Shown here: positions 28,128-36,708 of the stretch, in pieces
Layout of the letters: each line of letters starts with the position of its first letter
Numbering within the stretch: position 1 is the stretch's first letter
DNA from: an uncultured Spirochaetia bacterium
GTDB taxonomy: Bacteria; Desulfobacterota_D; UBA1144; Nemesobacterales; CSP1-2
DNA length: 51,217 nt
Assembly (NCBI GenBank): GCA_964389705.1
Contig: CAYMEO010000005.1
Location: 1-51,217, forward strand
Reading direction: 5' to 3'
Program-made: the position numbers and the translations under genes
The notes under the pieces: generated by a model
Seen by the model: the letters and a program-made list of their open reading frames with translations, nothing else
The model's database searches: none
What the model was told of the DNA's origin: nothing

Positions 28128-29045
28128 TTATCTCCAAATATATTCCAGTCGCTTCTTGATTCGGCTAAGTCGGTATAAAATGGGGTGGTTATATGGCCAA
28201 AATCCTTTTTGAAGAGCCTGCCAGACCTCCTCGTCCCGAATTCCCTGTTTGGATAAATACTCCGTCATCCAGTTTAAAAAATTCAAGTGCTCCGGGTTTG
28301 GCCGTGAGAGTTGGAGTTGCCCTGTTCTCTCAGCAACAGAGCAGCATGAATCCGGGTGCTGACGATACCTATCCCAACATTCACTGGATACATACACCGG
28401 CACCCTGAGATACACCTTAGCAAAAAATGCCCTGTCCTCAAACAACCCCCTAAAGATATCTTCAAATCCACCCACCTCATCAAACACCCTGCGCCTTATT
28501 AGGACACTACAAGTGGCAGGCGCATTCGCTCTGTTTTGCAATAAAAGCGTGAGCAATTGGGGCGGTTGGTAAAGCGTATTGGGCAGAACCCCGATTTCCC
28601 GCACCGAGTCACTTTGGCTATCTTCCGAATTACCTGTCCAGCTGTACCAATATTGAGTAGATCCAAAAACCATGCCGGCCACAGGATAAGAATCTAGAAT
28701 CACTGCCTGCTGCTCCAGTTTGTGTGGCAGCCAAACGTCATCGGCATCTAAGAAGGCGATGTATTCCCCCCTGGCATTACTGATGCCCAAATTACGCGAA
28801 GCGCTCATGCCCTGATTTTGATGACCATCATGTTTAAGATAACGAACCTTCTTGGGATATTGCCTAGCATACCCTAGCGCAATTTCAGTGCTACCGTCGG
28901 TTGAACCATCATCTACAAGCAAAAGTTCCCACTCGTCATAGGTCTGGGCAAAGACGCTCTCGATAGCCTCCTGTATAAACTTCCCGGCGTTTAAAAATAT
29001 AGTGATGACTGAGACCAGCGGCTGTCTAATAATCGTATCAACCAT
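28128..29045 (-). CDS. Glycosyltransferase family 2 (paralogue 3 of 3)
   Basis: PLVSVITIFLN...VDDGSTD...FLDADDVW. Start set at 29045 (SD AGGTGG; ATGGTTGA overlap with the deacetylase stop) rather than the track's 29231. Confidence 0.88.
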   Translation of the reverse strand: MVDTIIRQPLVSVITIFLNAGKFIQEAIESVFAQTYDEWELLLVDDGSTDGSTEIALGYARQYPKKVRYLKHDGHQNQGMSASRNLGISNARGEYIAFLDADDVWLPHKLEQQAVILDSYPVAGMVFGSTQYWYSWTGNSEDSQSDSVREIGVLPNTLYQPPQLLTLLLQNRANAPATCSVLIRRRVFDEVGGFEDIFRGLFEDRAFFAKVYLRVPVYVSSECWDRYRQHPDSCCSVAERTGQLQLSRPNPEHLNFLNWMTEYLSKQGIRDEEVWQALQKGFWPYNHPILYRLSRIKKRLEYIWR

Positions 29046-30072
29046 GGAACCACCTAAGTAAACGCTTCCCAAATTCGTCTCCATTCCAATCCTCCACTTG
29101 AACACGAGGTAGCTGAAAACAGTCAGTATGTCGCCAGACGGTTTCTTTAACGGTAGTGCAGGCACATGCAAATCCCGCCTCTTGAACGAGGCCGATCGTC
29201 TCCGGTGTGTAATCCCCGTACGGATATGCAAAACTACTTACCGGACACCCCAGCAAGTCCTCTAATTGGGCTTTATTCCGCTGGATTTCATATTGCTGAA
29301 AAGCAACAGGATGTTCAGAAAGACAAGGATGAGTTATTGTATGTGCGCCAATCTCGATTAGCCCACACCTATGAAGCATTGATAGCTCCTCATCCATAAG
29401 AGGACGATGAGTCGGACGGGCTATGGGTTGAGTTCCAGCCCATGCCGTTATTTCATCCAACACCTCTTGTTGCTCGTCCAGCCGCAAAGGCTGCAGTAGT
29501 TGCCAAAGTGCCCAATAGAGGAAATGCCGAGAACCTTCCTTTCCCTCCCATGGTTTCAGGCCAAGATGGCGTATGTAGTCATCTTCGCTGTAATAGGCTG
29601 CTTCGTCTAACTCCCACCTATGGGTATTACCCCTAATAGTTAGGCAAAGCGTTTGCGGTAGTGTGCCGGGTTGCAAGAGGAGTCCTTCCAATTCATCCCA
29701 CCAGAATTCGCGGGCCCGCCCAATATACCCAGTTGTTATAAAAACCGTTGCAGGTATTCCGTAGCGCTCCAGTAATGGTTTTGCATTATGCAGGTTATCT
29801 GCGTAGCCATCATCAAACGTAATGGTCACTGCGTGGTGCGGGATCTTCCCGTCTTGACACTTTTGAACTAATTGATGCAACGGCATAGGGAAGCAATACT
29901 TTTGTAACACCTCTAATTGCTCAGCAAAGTATTCCGGTGTCACACACAAAGACCAAGGGTCTGATCGCCAATTATTTACACTGTGGTACATCAGGATGAG
30001 TCCATTCGGTGCAAATCGTTTCTTAATCCGCCGTACCGTTCCTCGAAAGCGGTTGATTCCTGGTATCTTCAT
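29038..30072 (-). CDS. CE4/NodB polysaccharide deacetylase (IcaB/PgaB-like motif order)
   Basis: LMYHSV, ITFDDGY, GAHTITH, FAYPYG. Start set at ATG 30072 (SD GGAG) rather than 30159. Confidence 0.9.
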   Translation of the reverse strand: MKIPGINRFRGTVRRIKKRFAPNGLILMYHSVNNWRSDPWSLCVTPEYFAEQLEVLQKYCFPMPLHQLVQKCQDGKIPHHAVTITFDDGYADNLHNAKPLLERYGIPATVFITTGYIGRAREFWWDELEGLLLQPGTLPQTLCLTIRGNTHRWELDEAAYYSEDDYIRHLGLKPWEGKEGSRHFLYWALWQLLQPLRLDEQQEVLDEITAWAGTQPIARPTHRPLMDEELSMLHRCGLIEIGAHTITHPCLSEHPVAFQQYEIQRNKAQLEDLLGCPVSSFAYPYGDYTPETIGLVQEAGFACACTTVKETVWRHTDCFQLPRVQVEDWNGDEFGKRLLRWFHG

Positions 30073-30096
30073 ATTATCTCCACAGTTGTAATGTTG

Positions 30097-30136
30097 ATTA
30101 TAAATTGGCAGTTTGACACTCTCCTGACTAAAGTCA
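30097..30136 (-). promoter_or_regulatory. Putative activator-dependent promoter: perfect -10 plus a palindromic box abutting -35
   Basis: TATAAT at 30102-30097; no -35 consensus at N17 (AGGAGA); TGACT-TT-AGTCA palindrome at 30136-30125, centred near -40.5. Confidence 0.55.
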
Positions 30137-30314
30137 AGGAGATTCCCAGGCAACCTCAAAATAGTTTGAGGTTAGCGCCTGACGGTTGTGCCCCAACCGA
30201 TTGTTTCATATTCTATTAAGTTTAGCTTTCTGTATCTCCGAGTTAAAACTCTGGAGTTTTAGAAAACAGGATTCTGATAAGATGGTGTTTGGGTACCTTT
30301 CATAAAAGGGAACC

Positions 30315-32003
30315 TTAAAAAAGCAGTCGCGGTATCTCCTCATCAGATTTTATAGTCACTAGTTTTTGCTCACGTATAAGCCTTTGCCCCATATTTATAA
30401 GAAACTCTTTAAACCTCTTTCGACGCGACTCAGGGTCGGTTCTGATTATTTTAATCGCGATGTGCACAGGCCGCATTCTCAACACAAGCCAAAGAAAACG
30501 CATCAATAGCAGCGGTTCGCGCAGTAGGCCGTCCCGCAACTGCCAGCGTAGCACCGGCACGAGAAGACCAGCCAATTCTAAGGGAATACGCAAGGGTTGA
30601 TTCTCTTGTGTCAATCGGCGAATTCGTATATGCAACAACGTATTATCGCGCGGCAACCTGATTCGAAAATAAACCAACATGAGTGGCAAGGCGAGATCAT
30701 TCTCAATGGCTTCTGCAATAGCCTTTTTGGATACGACCTCTTGAAAGGCAGACAGCCGAATCGAGCCTATATACTGCCCCATGGATTCAACCGCACAAAT
30801 TAGCTGCTCAACACCCTCCTGTACCTTCACATCCTCGATGGGAAAGTCAATATTTATGCGAACCTTGTGCGTAGTTCCGATGGTAATTGGCTGTTTGAGA
30901 TCCGCTATATTGGCGATCAATCGCTCGATGTGGAGGATAGTCTGTTTAGCCAAATCCGCTACTTGTGACTGAGCTTCTAACGCTGAAAGAAAGGCATTGA
31001 GCCGTATCGCTAAAGTTGGCCATAGTATTGGCCAATCTTTAGATGTGCAATTGGCAGCAAGGGGTATGTATTTGAAAAGGCATGTGGCAACTTCGAGGGG
31101 ATTGAGGTTTGGAGCACGCACCTTCTCAAGGAATTGTAGCAGTGGTCTGGCATCCTCACCTCGGACGATTTTATGACTGACAGGCCACAAGGAGTGTCGG
31201 TAAAATTCCTCGGATAGACCATTAGAGGACAGACCATTGGCATAATCAGGGTGTGGGAATCGAACCCGGGGATCCCGGTCATGTCCACGCCGAATAACAG
31301 TCAGTCCATCGACGAGGATGCGTTCGGCATTCGAAGAGGCAGAGCCCGGTCGCATTCGGTAATATGCCAACACTTCAGGTATGTTACCGAATCGGGCACC
31401 TGTGCGTGCAACGCGCTGCCAAAAGTCCCAATCCGCACAGGTAACAAGACCTGTATCGAATTCTCCGATCTCCTGTACCAGTGAGCGCCGCACTACACAG
31501 TTAAGGAGAGCAAAAGGGCAATCCTTAACAAACTCTGGGAAGAGATTACTTAGTAGCGATTGTGTATAGACTGATGCGGGACCGTACTGGCCGGACGGCG
31601 TTACTCGAACGCAACCGCATACCACAGCGTCGAGCTTAGGGTCTTTTGCAATTTGTTTCGCCATACGTTCAAGGTACTGCGGAGCAAGCCAATCGTCTGA
31701 ATCGAGAAAAACCAACCAGTCGTTTCTTGCGGCTCGAATACCTGTATTTCGTGCAGCACTCTCTCCGCCATTACTCTGACGAATCACGCGGAATCGGTTA
31801 TCTCTTTGAGCCCAACTGTAGGCGATGGTTGCAGTGCTGTCTGTTGAGCCGTCATCGACAATGATCGCCTCCCACATTGGAAAGGTCTGGGTTCTTAAGC
31901 TGGCAAGGGTCTCATCCAGCGTATCTGCAGCATTATACGCAGGTACAACTACAGAAAAATGGATTTTAGACATTTTTCTTTTGAATTTTGACAGCACTTG
32001 CAT
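30315..32003 (-). CDS. Glycosyltransferase family 2 with long C-terminal extension
   Basis: FSVVVPAYN, VDDGSTD, FLDSDDW, CADWDFW. Alternative start at 31973. Confidence 0.88.
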   Translation of the reverse strand: MQVLSKFKRKMSKIHFSVVVPAYNAADTLDETLASLRTQTFPMWEAIIVDDGSTDSTATIAYSWAQRDNRFRVIRQSNGGESAARNTGIRAARNDWLVFLDSDDWLAPQYLERMAKQIAKDPKLDAVVCGCVRVTPSGQYGPASVYTQSLLSNLFPEFVKDCPFALLNCVVRRSLVQEIGEFDTGLVTCADWDFWQRVARTGARFGNIPEVLAYYRMRPGSASSNAERILVDGLTVIRRGHDRDPRVRFPHPDYANGLSSNGLSEEFYRHSLWPVSHKIVRGEDARPLLQFLEKVRAPNLNPLEVATCLFKYIPLAANCTSKDWPILWPTLAIRLNAFLSALEAQSQVADLAKQTILHIERLIANIADLKQPITIGTTHKVRINIDFPIEDVKVQEGVEQLICAVESMGQYIGSIRLSAFQEVVSKKAIAEAIENDLALPLMLVYFRIRLPRDNTLLHIRIRRLTQENQPLRIPLELAGLLVPVLRWQLRDGLLREPLLLMRFLWLVLRMRPVHIAIKIIRTDPESRRKRFKEFLINMGQRLIREQKLVTIKSDEEIPRLLF

Positions 32004-33792
32004 AAAACCCCTTCATATACCTTCTGTTCTTAGGATCGGTCTTAGCTCTGTACTCTCTAATTGTAATTGCTAGTTTCAGACACAACCGCTTTAGAGGTGA
32101 ACGTATTCCAATTGAAGAAATAATTGTTTGTCCGGCCATGGCGAGTTTCCAACGGAGCCTCCATCCCACATCAGACCTCAGAATCTCGATCCTTGGAATC
32201 TGATAAGGATTTTGAAAGGGCATCACGCAACCGGCTGTTACTGTAAACGCAGCCTGTATGCCAGCTTCCTGTACAGCTTTTTCCACCCTCTCGTCACTTT
32301 CACCGTGGGGATAGGCAAAAAGCCGTGGTCGCGGTAGCCCAATTGTTTCTAGATCTGTTAGCGACCCCCCCACTTCTTCGGCCAATTCTTCAGTCGGGAC
32401 CTGGGTGAGAGGGCGATGTGTCTTAGAATGAGAGCCAATCTCAACTCCCCCGGCTGATAATTCCTTCAGGCCGTTGGCATCGAGCAATCGAATTTGCTTA
32501 GCCCCAATCATTTTATCCCAGTCATTCATTTCACCCAAACGTCCACTTACGGCAAAAGCGACCGCCGGTATGCCCTGCTTCTTAAGTATAGGCAACGCGA
32601 CCTTTAAGATGTCCTCAAAACAGTCATCGAATGTTAGCAATAATGGTTTTCGCGGCAGACCACCATTTCCATTTAAAAAACGCAAAAACTCATCAGTTGT
32701 TACAAATCTATAGCCGGACTTTTGAAGTGTATCTATCTGCCGGAGAAACAACCCTTCTGGTACCCCGTATTGCTCGAGTATAGAACATCCCGAGAGATCC
32801 GATATCGAGTGATAGGCTAAGACCCTTAGGGGCTGAGGTTTCGGTATCCCTCCGGCCTCACGCACTCCACGCCAGTATTCCAAGTCCCGCCCCCGGAAAA
32901 ACAACCTCGTTGTGATAGCGTTTTGAATCCCCATATTTACTAGAGCGAGCAAGAGCCAAGATGTCAGACGCCACAAGACCCGCTCGATTAAGGACCCGGC
33001 AGGGTGGGCTGCAAAGATATCATTGATAAGATCGGGGTGCTTCCGTACAAGAGCTATATCTGCACGCCCCGCCTGTCGCCACTGGCGCAGGTAATCAATC
33101 GGGGTAACTACGTACTTCTGCCAGCTAATGGCATTTGGGTTGAAGACGATACGATATCCTTTGAGTTTGAGACGGTAGCAAAAATCGAGGTCCTCATCCC
33201 CAAACGAGCCATTGCGGTTGAAATTTGTGTCGAACCCACCGAGCTTATGAAAGACCTCAAATGATAAGGAAGCCTGTCCGGTAATCATATCATGAATGGT
33301 CGGGGTTGCATTTGGAGACGACAGCCGCTTAACCCTTTTCTCAGCCCAAATGCCGACCCCGACGCTCAGGAAGTTTGAAGGCGATTCGGGATGCAATGGA
33401 ATGTGTCCAAGAACAATATCAGCTCCCTCTCGGTGAGACCGGTTGTGCTCTGCCAAGAGACGTGGATGGGCTTCCATGTCGTCGTCCAGAAAGAGTAAAA
33501 TTTCCCCATGAGCAACATCGGCACCACGGTTCAGAGCCGTAGCCCTACCCTTGTTTTGTTGTTCAATCACCGTCATGGGAAAGGGGACATTGATTTCTCG
33601 GAGGGCTTGGGCTGTGCCGTCTGTTGAGCCGTCCACCACCACAATGACCTCGAAGTGGCCGTCAAATTCCTGTCTTACCAAAGAACGCACCGATGCCAAT
33701 ACAAGCTCTCGCCTTTGGTAGGTTGGAATAATTACACTAAATCTCACAGATTTGTCTTTACTAATATCCCGCATCAATCTGAGATCATTCAT
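31966..33792 (-). CDS. GT2 - CE4 polysaccharide deacetylase fusion protein
   Basis: N-terminal GT2 (SVIIPTYQR, VDGSTD, FLDDDM, DEDLDF); C-terminal CE4 (LAYHSI, LTFDDC, GSHSKTH, FAYPHG). Confidence 0.9.
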   Translation of the reverse strand: MNDLRLMRDISKDKSVRFSVIIPTYQRRELVLASVRSLVRQEFDGHFEVIVVVDGSTDGTAQALREINVPFPMTVIEQQNKGRATALNRGADVAHGEILLFLDDDMEAHPRLLAEHNRSHREGADIVLGHIPLHPESPSNFLSVGVGIWAEKRVKRLSSPNATPTIHDMITGQASLSFEVFHKLGGFDTNFNRNGSFGDEDLDFCYRLKLKGYRIVFNPNAISWQKYVVTPIDYLRQWRQAGRADIALVRKHPDLINDIFAAHPAGSLIERVLWRLTSWLLLALVNMGIQNAITTRLFFRGRDLEYWRGVREAGGIPKPQPLRVLAYHSISDLSGCSILEQYGVPEGLFLRQIDTLQKSGYRFVTTDEFLRFLNGNGGLPRKPLLLTFDDCFEDILKVALPILKKQGIPAVAFAVSGRLGEMNDWDKMIGAKQIRLLDANGLKELSAGGVEIGSHSKTHRPLTQVPTEELAEEVGGSLTDLETIGLPRPRLFAYPHGESDERVEKAVQEAGIQAAFTVTAGCVMPFQNPYQIPRIEILRSDVGWRLRWKLAMAGQTIISSIGIRSPLKRLCLKLAITIREYRAKTDPKNRRYMKGFYASAVKIQKKNV

Positions 33793-33811
33793 AACCCTGG
33801 AATTTCATTAG

Positions 33812-34576
33812 TTACCTTCTTTGATCATAAATTAACAACGGCTTAACGGCCCTCACCGTGATTAAGACCTCATAAGCAGGGTCATAGAAATCGAGCTCTT
33901 CCTGACAAAATTCTCTAGCTGCAAGCCCCTGCAGAAACGCGATTGCCGACAGCACATTCCCATAGGCTTCTACCTTAACATTATCTGCTGGGAAAAATTC
34001 CTCAAACAGCCGTCGCGATGATAGGCTCGTGAAACTCCAACACTGATAATCACCCCACTTGTCGCTTGCAATCTGGCTGATGCCTGAAAATGTGGCTAGC
34101 ACCACCCCACCTGGTTTCAAAATACGGTAGATTGTCCCGATAGCAGCTTTCACATCATAGATAAATTGGAGCGTCTGCGTCAGTATTAAACAGTCGAATG
34201 TATCCGATGGTATGTGGTAGGCTTTTGTCAGGTCACCGACGAATGTGGCAATTGGATTCCCTTCAGAAATATGAAGTACATCTCTGGTATTTACCCTATC
34301 TCCGCCAAATCGCTTGGTATATGAATCGTCTCCAATCTCTAGCACACGTCCTCTAATATCATCGGCATGCCGGGCGAGAAAATTCTCGATGTAGTAGCGG
34401 TCAATAGGCAGACCGCGATCAAATCCAAACTCACGGCTGATTGGTGTTACCCGTCGTAGGCTACCAAAATCCACTGTTCCAACCGGATAACGATACGCCT
34501 GCCATTGACTTCTTAACCAGCGCCATTGATTTTCCAACCAGCGCTGTGTACGTGTTGCTAATTTGTGGTACCCCAT
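33812..34576 (-). CDS. Class I SAM-dependent methyltransferase-like protein
   Basis: FGFDRGLPIDRYYIE, VLEIGD, FDCLILTQTL, RILKPGGVVL. Confidence 0.8.
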   Translation of the reverse strand: MGYHKLATRTQRWLENQWRWLRSQWQAYRYPVGTVDFGSLRRVTPISREFGFDRGLPIDRYYIENFLARHADDIRGRVLEIGDDSYTKRFGGDRVNTRDVLHISEGNPIATFVGDLTKAYHIPSDTFDCLILTQTLQFIYDVKAAIGTIYRILKPGGVVLATFSGISQIASDKWGDYQCWSFTSLSSRRLFEEFFPADNVKVEAYGNVLSAIAFLQGLAAREFCQEELDFYDPAYEVLITVRAVKPLLIYDQRR

Positions 34577-34623
34577 CAGTCAAGATAGTCTTTATACACA
34601 GAATAATTTCGCGATACCAACAT

Positions 34624-35562
34624 CTAAGACTCCGTGAGCAATGTCCTCACTGCTCGCTTCACTGGTTTTTTTATTTGTTCAACGAGATTACCGGGGAGTT
34701 TTGACAACCTGTACAGGTGCGGATGCTGGTATGGCCAGAAAGCCCTTCGCAGTGCCTTCCAGATATTGATGTCTCTAATCTCTTGTTCAGTCAGATATGC
34801 CTCCAGCCATTTTAGAAAAAACAGTCTAATCTCATCATGGAATTGACTCGTCCTCGCCATACAGGAGTATGGATGTATTCTATATCGGTCCCAACACTCG
34901 CCAGCTGCAAACACAGGCGCACTGAGATACACCTTGATCAAAAACGCTTGATCTTCGTATAATTGGTACATACCCCGAAAGTCTTCTTCAAATCCTCCTA
35001 TATTTTCCACAGTCTCACGACGCAACAGTATATTAGAGGGGCAAGGAGCGGTACCTTCTCCTAATGGGTGGCAGAGAATGGCCAACTTTGGCGGATTGAA
35101 CACGGTATTGGTCTGAACACCAAGTTCTGGTATAAAGTCTCGTTTAGCATCTTCGGGTTTACCTGTCCAGCTATTCCAATATTCACTGGCTCCATAGACC
35201 ATAGCGACTTCGGGATGTGAACCTATGATTTCCACTTGTCGCTCCAGTTTATGTGATAACCAGACATCATCGGCGTCTAAAATAGCGATATACTCACCTT
35301 TAGAATAGCGAATACCTAGATTGCGTGAAACGCATACCCCGTGATTCTGATGCCCCTCGTGTTCGAGATAGTGAATCTTTCCGGGATACAGTTCAGCATA
35401 CCGTCGGGCAATTGATGTGCTCCCATCATCTGATCCGTCATCTACTAGGAGTAGTTCCCAGTATTCGTAAGTCTGTGCAAGCACACTCTCAATGGTTTCT
35501 TTTATGAACCTTTCGGCATTCAAGAAGCTAACAATAACAGAGACAAGGGGTTTTCTATTCAT
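34624..35562 (-). CDS. Glycosyltransferase family 2 (paralogue 2 of 3)
   Basis: PLVSVIVSFLN...VDDGSDD...ILDADDVW...YEDQAF. Confidence 0.9.
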   Translation of the reverse strand: MNRKPLVSVIVSFLNAERFIKETIESVLAQTYEYWELLLVDDGSDDGSTSIARRYAELYPGKIHYLEHEGHQNHGVCVSRNLGIRYSKGEYIAILDADDVWLSHKLERQVEIIGSHPEVAMVYGASEYWNSWTGKPEDAKRDFIPELGVQTNTVFNPPKLAILCHPLGEGTAPCPSNILLRRETVENIGGFEEDFRGMYQLYEDQAFLIKVYLSAPVFAAGECWDRYRIHPYSCMARTSQFHDEIRLFFLKWLEAYLTEQEIRDINIWKALRRAFWPYQHPHLYRLSKLPGNLVEQIKKPVKRAVRTLLTES

Positions 35563-35674
35563 ATCTATAAGAAGAGAATTAAATTGAAAAGCCCATTAAA
35601 GCTACCGGATTATAGAACAATTATATTCCGGAGCCATCTAGCAAACATACACAATCTTTAGATCTTAAGTACCC

Positions 35675-36661
35675 TTATTTAAATGCCTGCCATACCGTTC
35701 GTAGCCAGCACCTAAGAGAAATGGGTAACGTCCGCTTCGCTATAAAAATCATTAGCCCGTGCCACTGGATCGGATTGAAAAAATGGCGGTAAATTTCTAA
35801 CAAACGATTTAGAGTCGGATAACGATAGGGCCATTTGGCCTTTCGAAGAGATTTCCATACCTCAGGATCCTTTACCCCCTGTTTTGATAAATACTCCTCT
35901 ACCCAGTTCAAATAAAATAAGCGATCAGCGTAAAATCGTCCCTCTTCCCATGAAATGTCAGTGTAAGAATCCCAATGACTCCTATATCTATACCAACACT
36001 CACTAGACACAAACACTGCCGAAGTAAGGCATATCTTGACGAGAACAACGGCATCCTCATACATACCACGAAAAACCTCTTCATATCCGCCTACACTTTC
36101 TAATACATTACGTCGTACCATTATACCGCCAGGTATGAAAAATTCGTCCCGTAGGAATAGGTTAAGCAACGCCGGTGGCTTAACTAGCGAGTTACTGTAC
36201 GGATGCACACCATTACGATTTACACCCATGAGATGGTCACGCTTATTATACTCAGGATTACCCAGCCAACTGTACCATACCTGAAGAGGTCCATAAACCA
36301 TGGCGGCTTCAGGTTGTGATTCCAGAATTGCCACCTGTTGTTCTAATTTGTGGGGTAACCAGACATCATCACCATCCAAGAAGGATATGTACTCGCCCTT
36401 GGCATTATGAAAACCCAAATTGCGTGAAGCACTCATGCCGAGATTTCGATGGCCATCATGCTCCAGATAACGCACTTTTTCAGGGTATTTCTCTGCATAA
36501 CGTCTAGCAATTGCAGTGCTACTGTCTGTTGAGCCGTCATCCACAAGCAAAAGTTCCCAATTGTCATAAGTCTGTGCGAATACACTCTCTATGGCTTCCT
36601 GTATGAACTTCTCCTCATTCAGAAAAATAATAATTGCAGATACTAACGGCTTGATGCTCAT
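35675..36661 (-). CDS. Glycosyltransferase family 2 (paralogue 1 of 3)
   Basis: PLVSAIIIFLN...VDDGSTD...FLDGDDVW...YEDAVV. Confidence 0.9.
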   Translation of the reverse strand: MSIKPLVSAIIIFLNEEKFIQEAIESVFAQTYDNWELLLVDDGSTDSSTAIARRYAEKYPEKVRYLEHDGHRNLGMSASRNLGFHNAKGEYISFLDGDDVWLPHKLEQQVAILESQPEAAMVYGPLQVWYSWLGNPEYNKRDHLMGVNRNGVHPYSNSLVKPPALLNLFLRDEFFIPGGIMVRRNVLESVGGYEEVFRGMYEDAVVLVKICLTSAVFVSSECWYRYRSHWDSYTDISWEEGRFYADRLFYLNWVEEYLSKQGVKDPEVWKSLRKAKWPYRYPTLNRLLEIYRHFFNPIQWHGLMIFIAKRTLPISLRCWLRTVWQAFK

Positions 36662-36708
36662 CTCGTCTCACTAGAACTAAAATGCCACTTGGGACTCGGC
36701 CTCTATAG

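Noticed and set aside
29046-29231. ORF-track N-terminal extensions (29231, 30159, 38220, 23890, 44812, 49198, 49327)
   Set aside because: They overlap neighbouring genes or regulatory DNA and precede better starts supported by SD sequences, domain boundaries or stop/start coupling.
30150-30215. c-di-GMP-II, c-di-AMP (ydaO), SAM-I or cobalamin riboswitch suggested by short word matches
   Set aside because: Only isolated words match; the kink-turn, pseudoknot partner and 5' halves could not be built. Kept only as an unclassified structured region.
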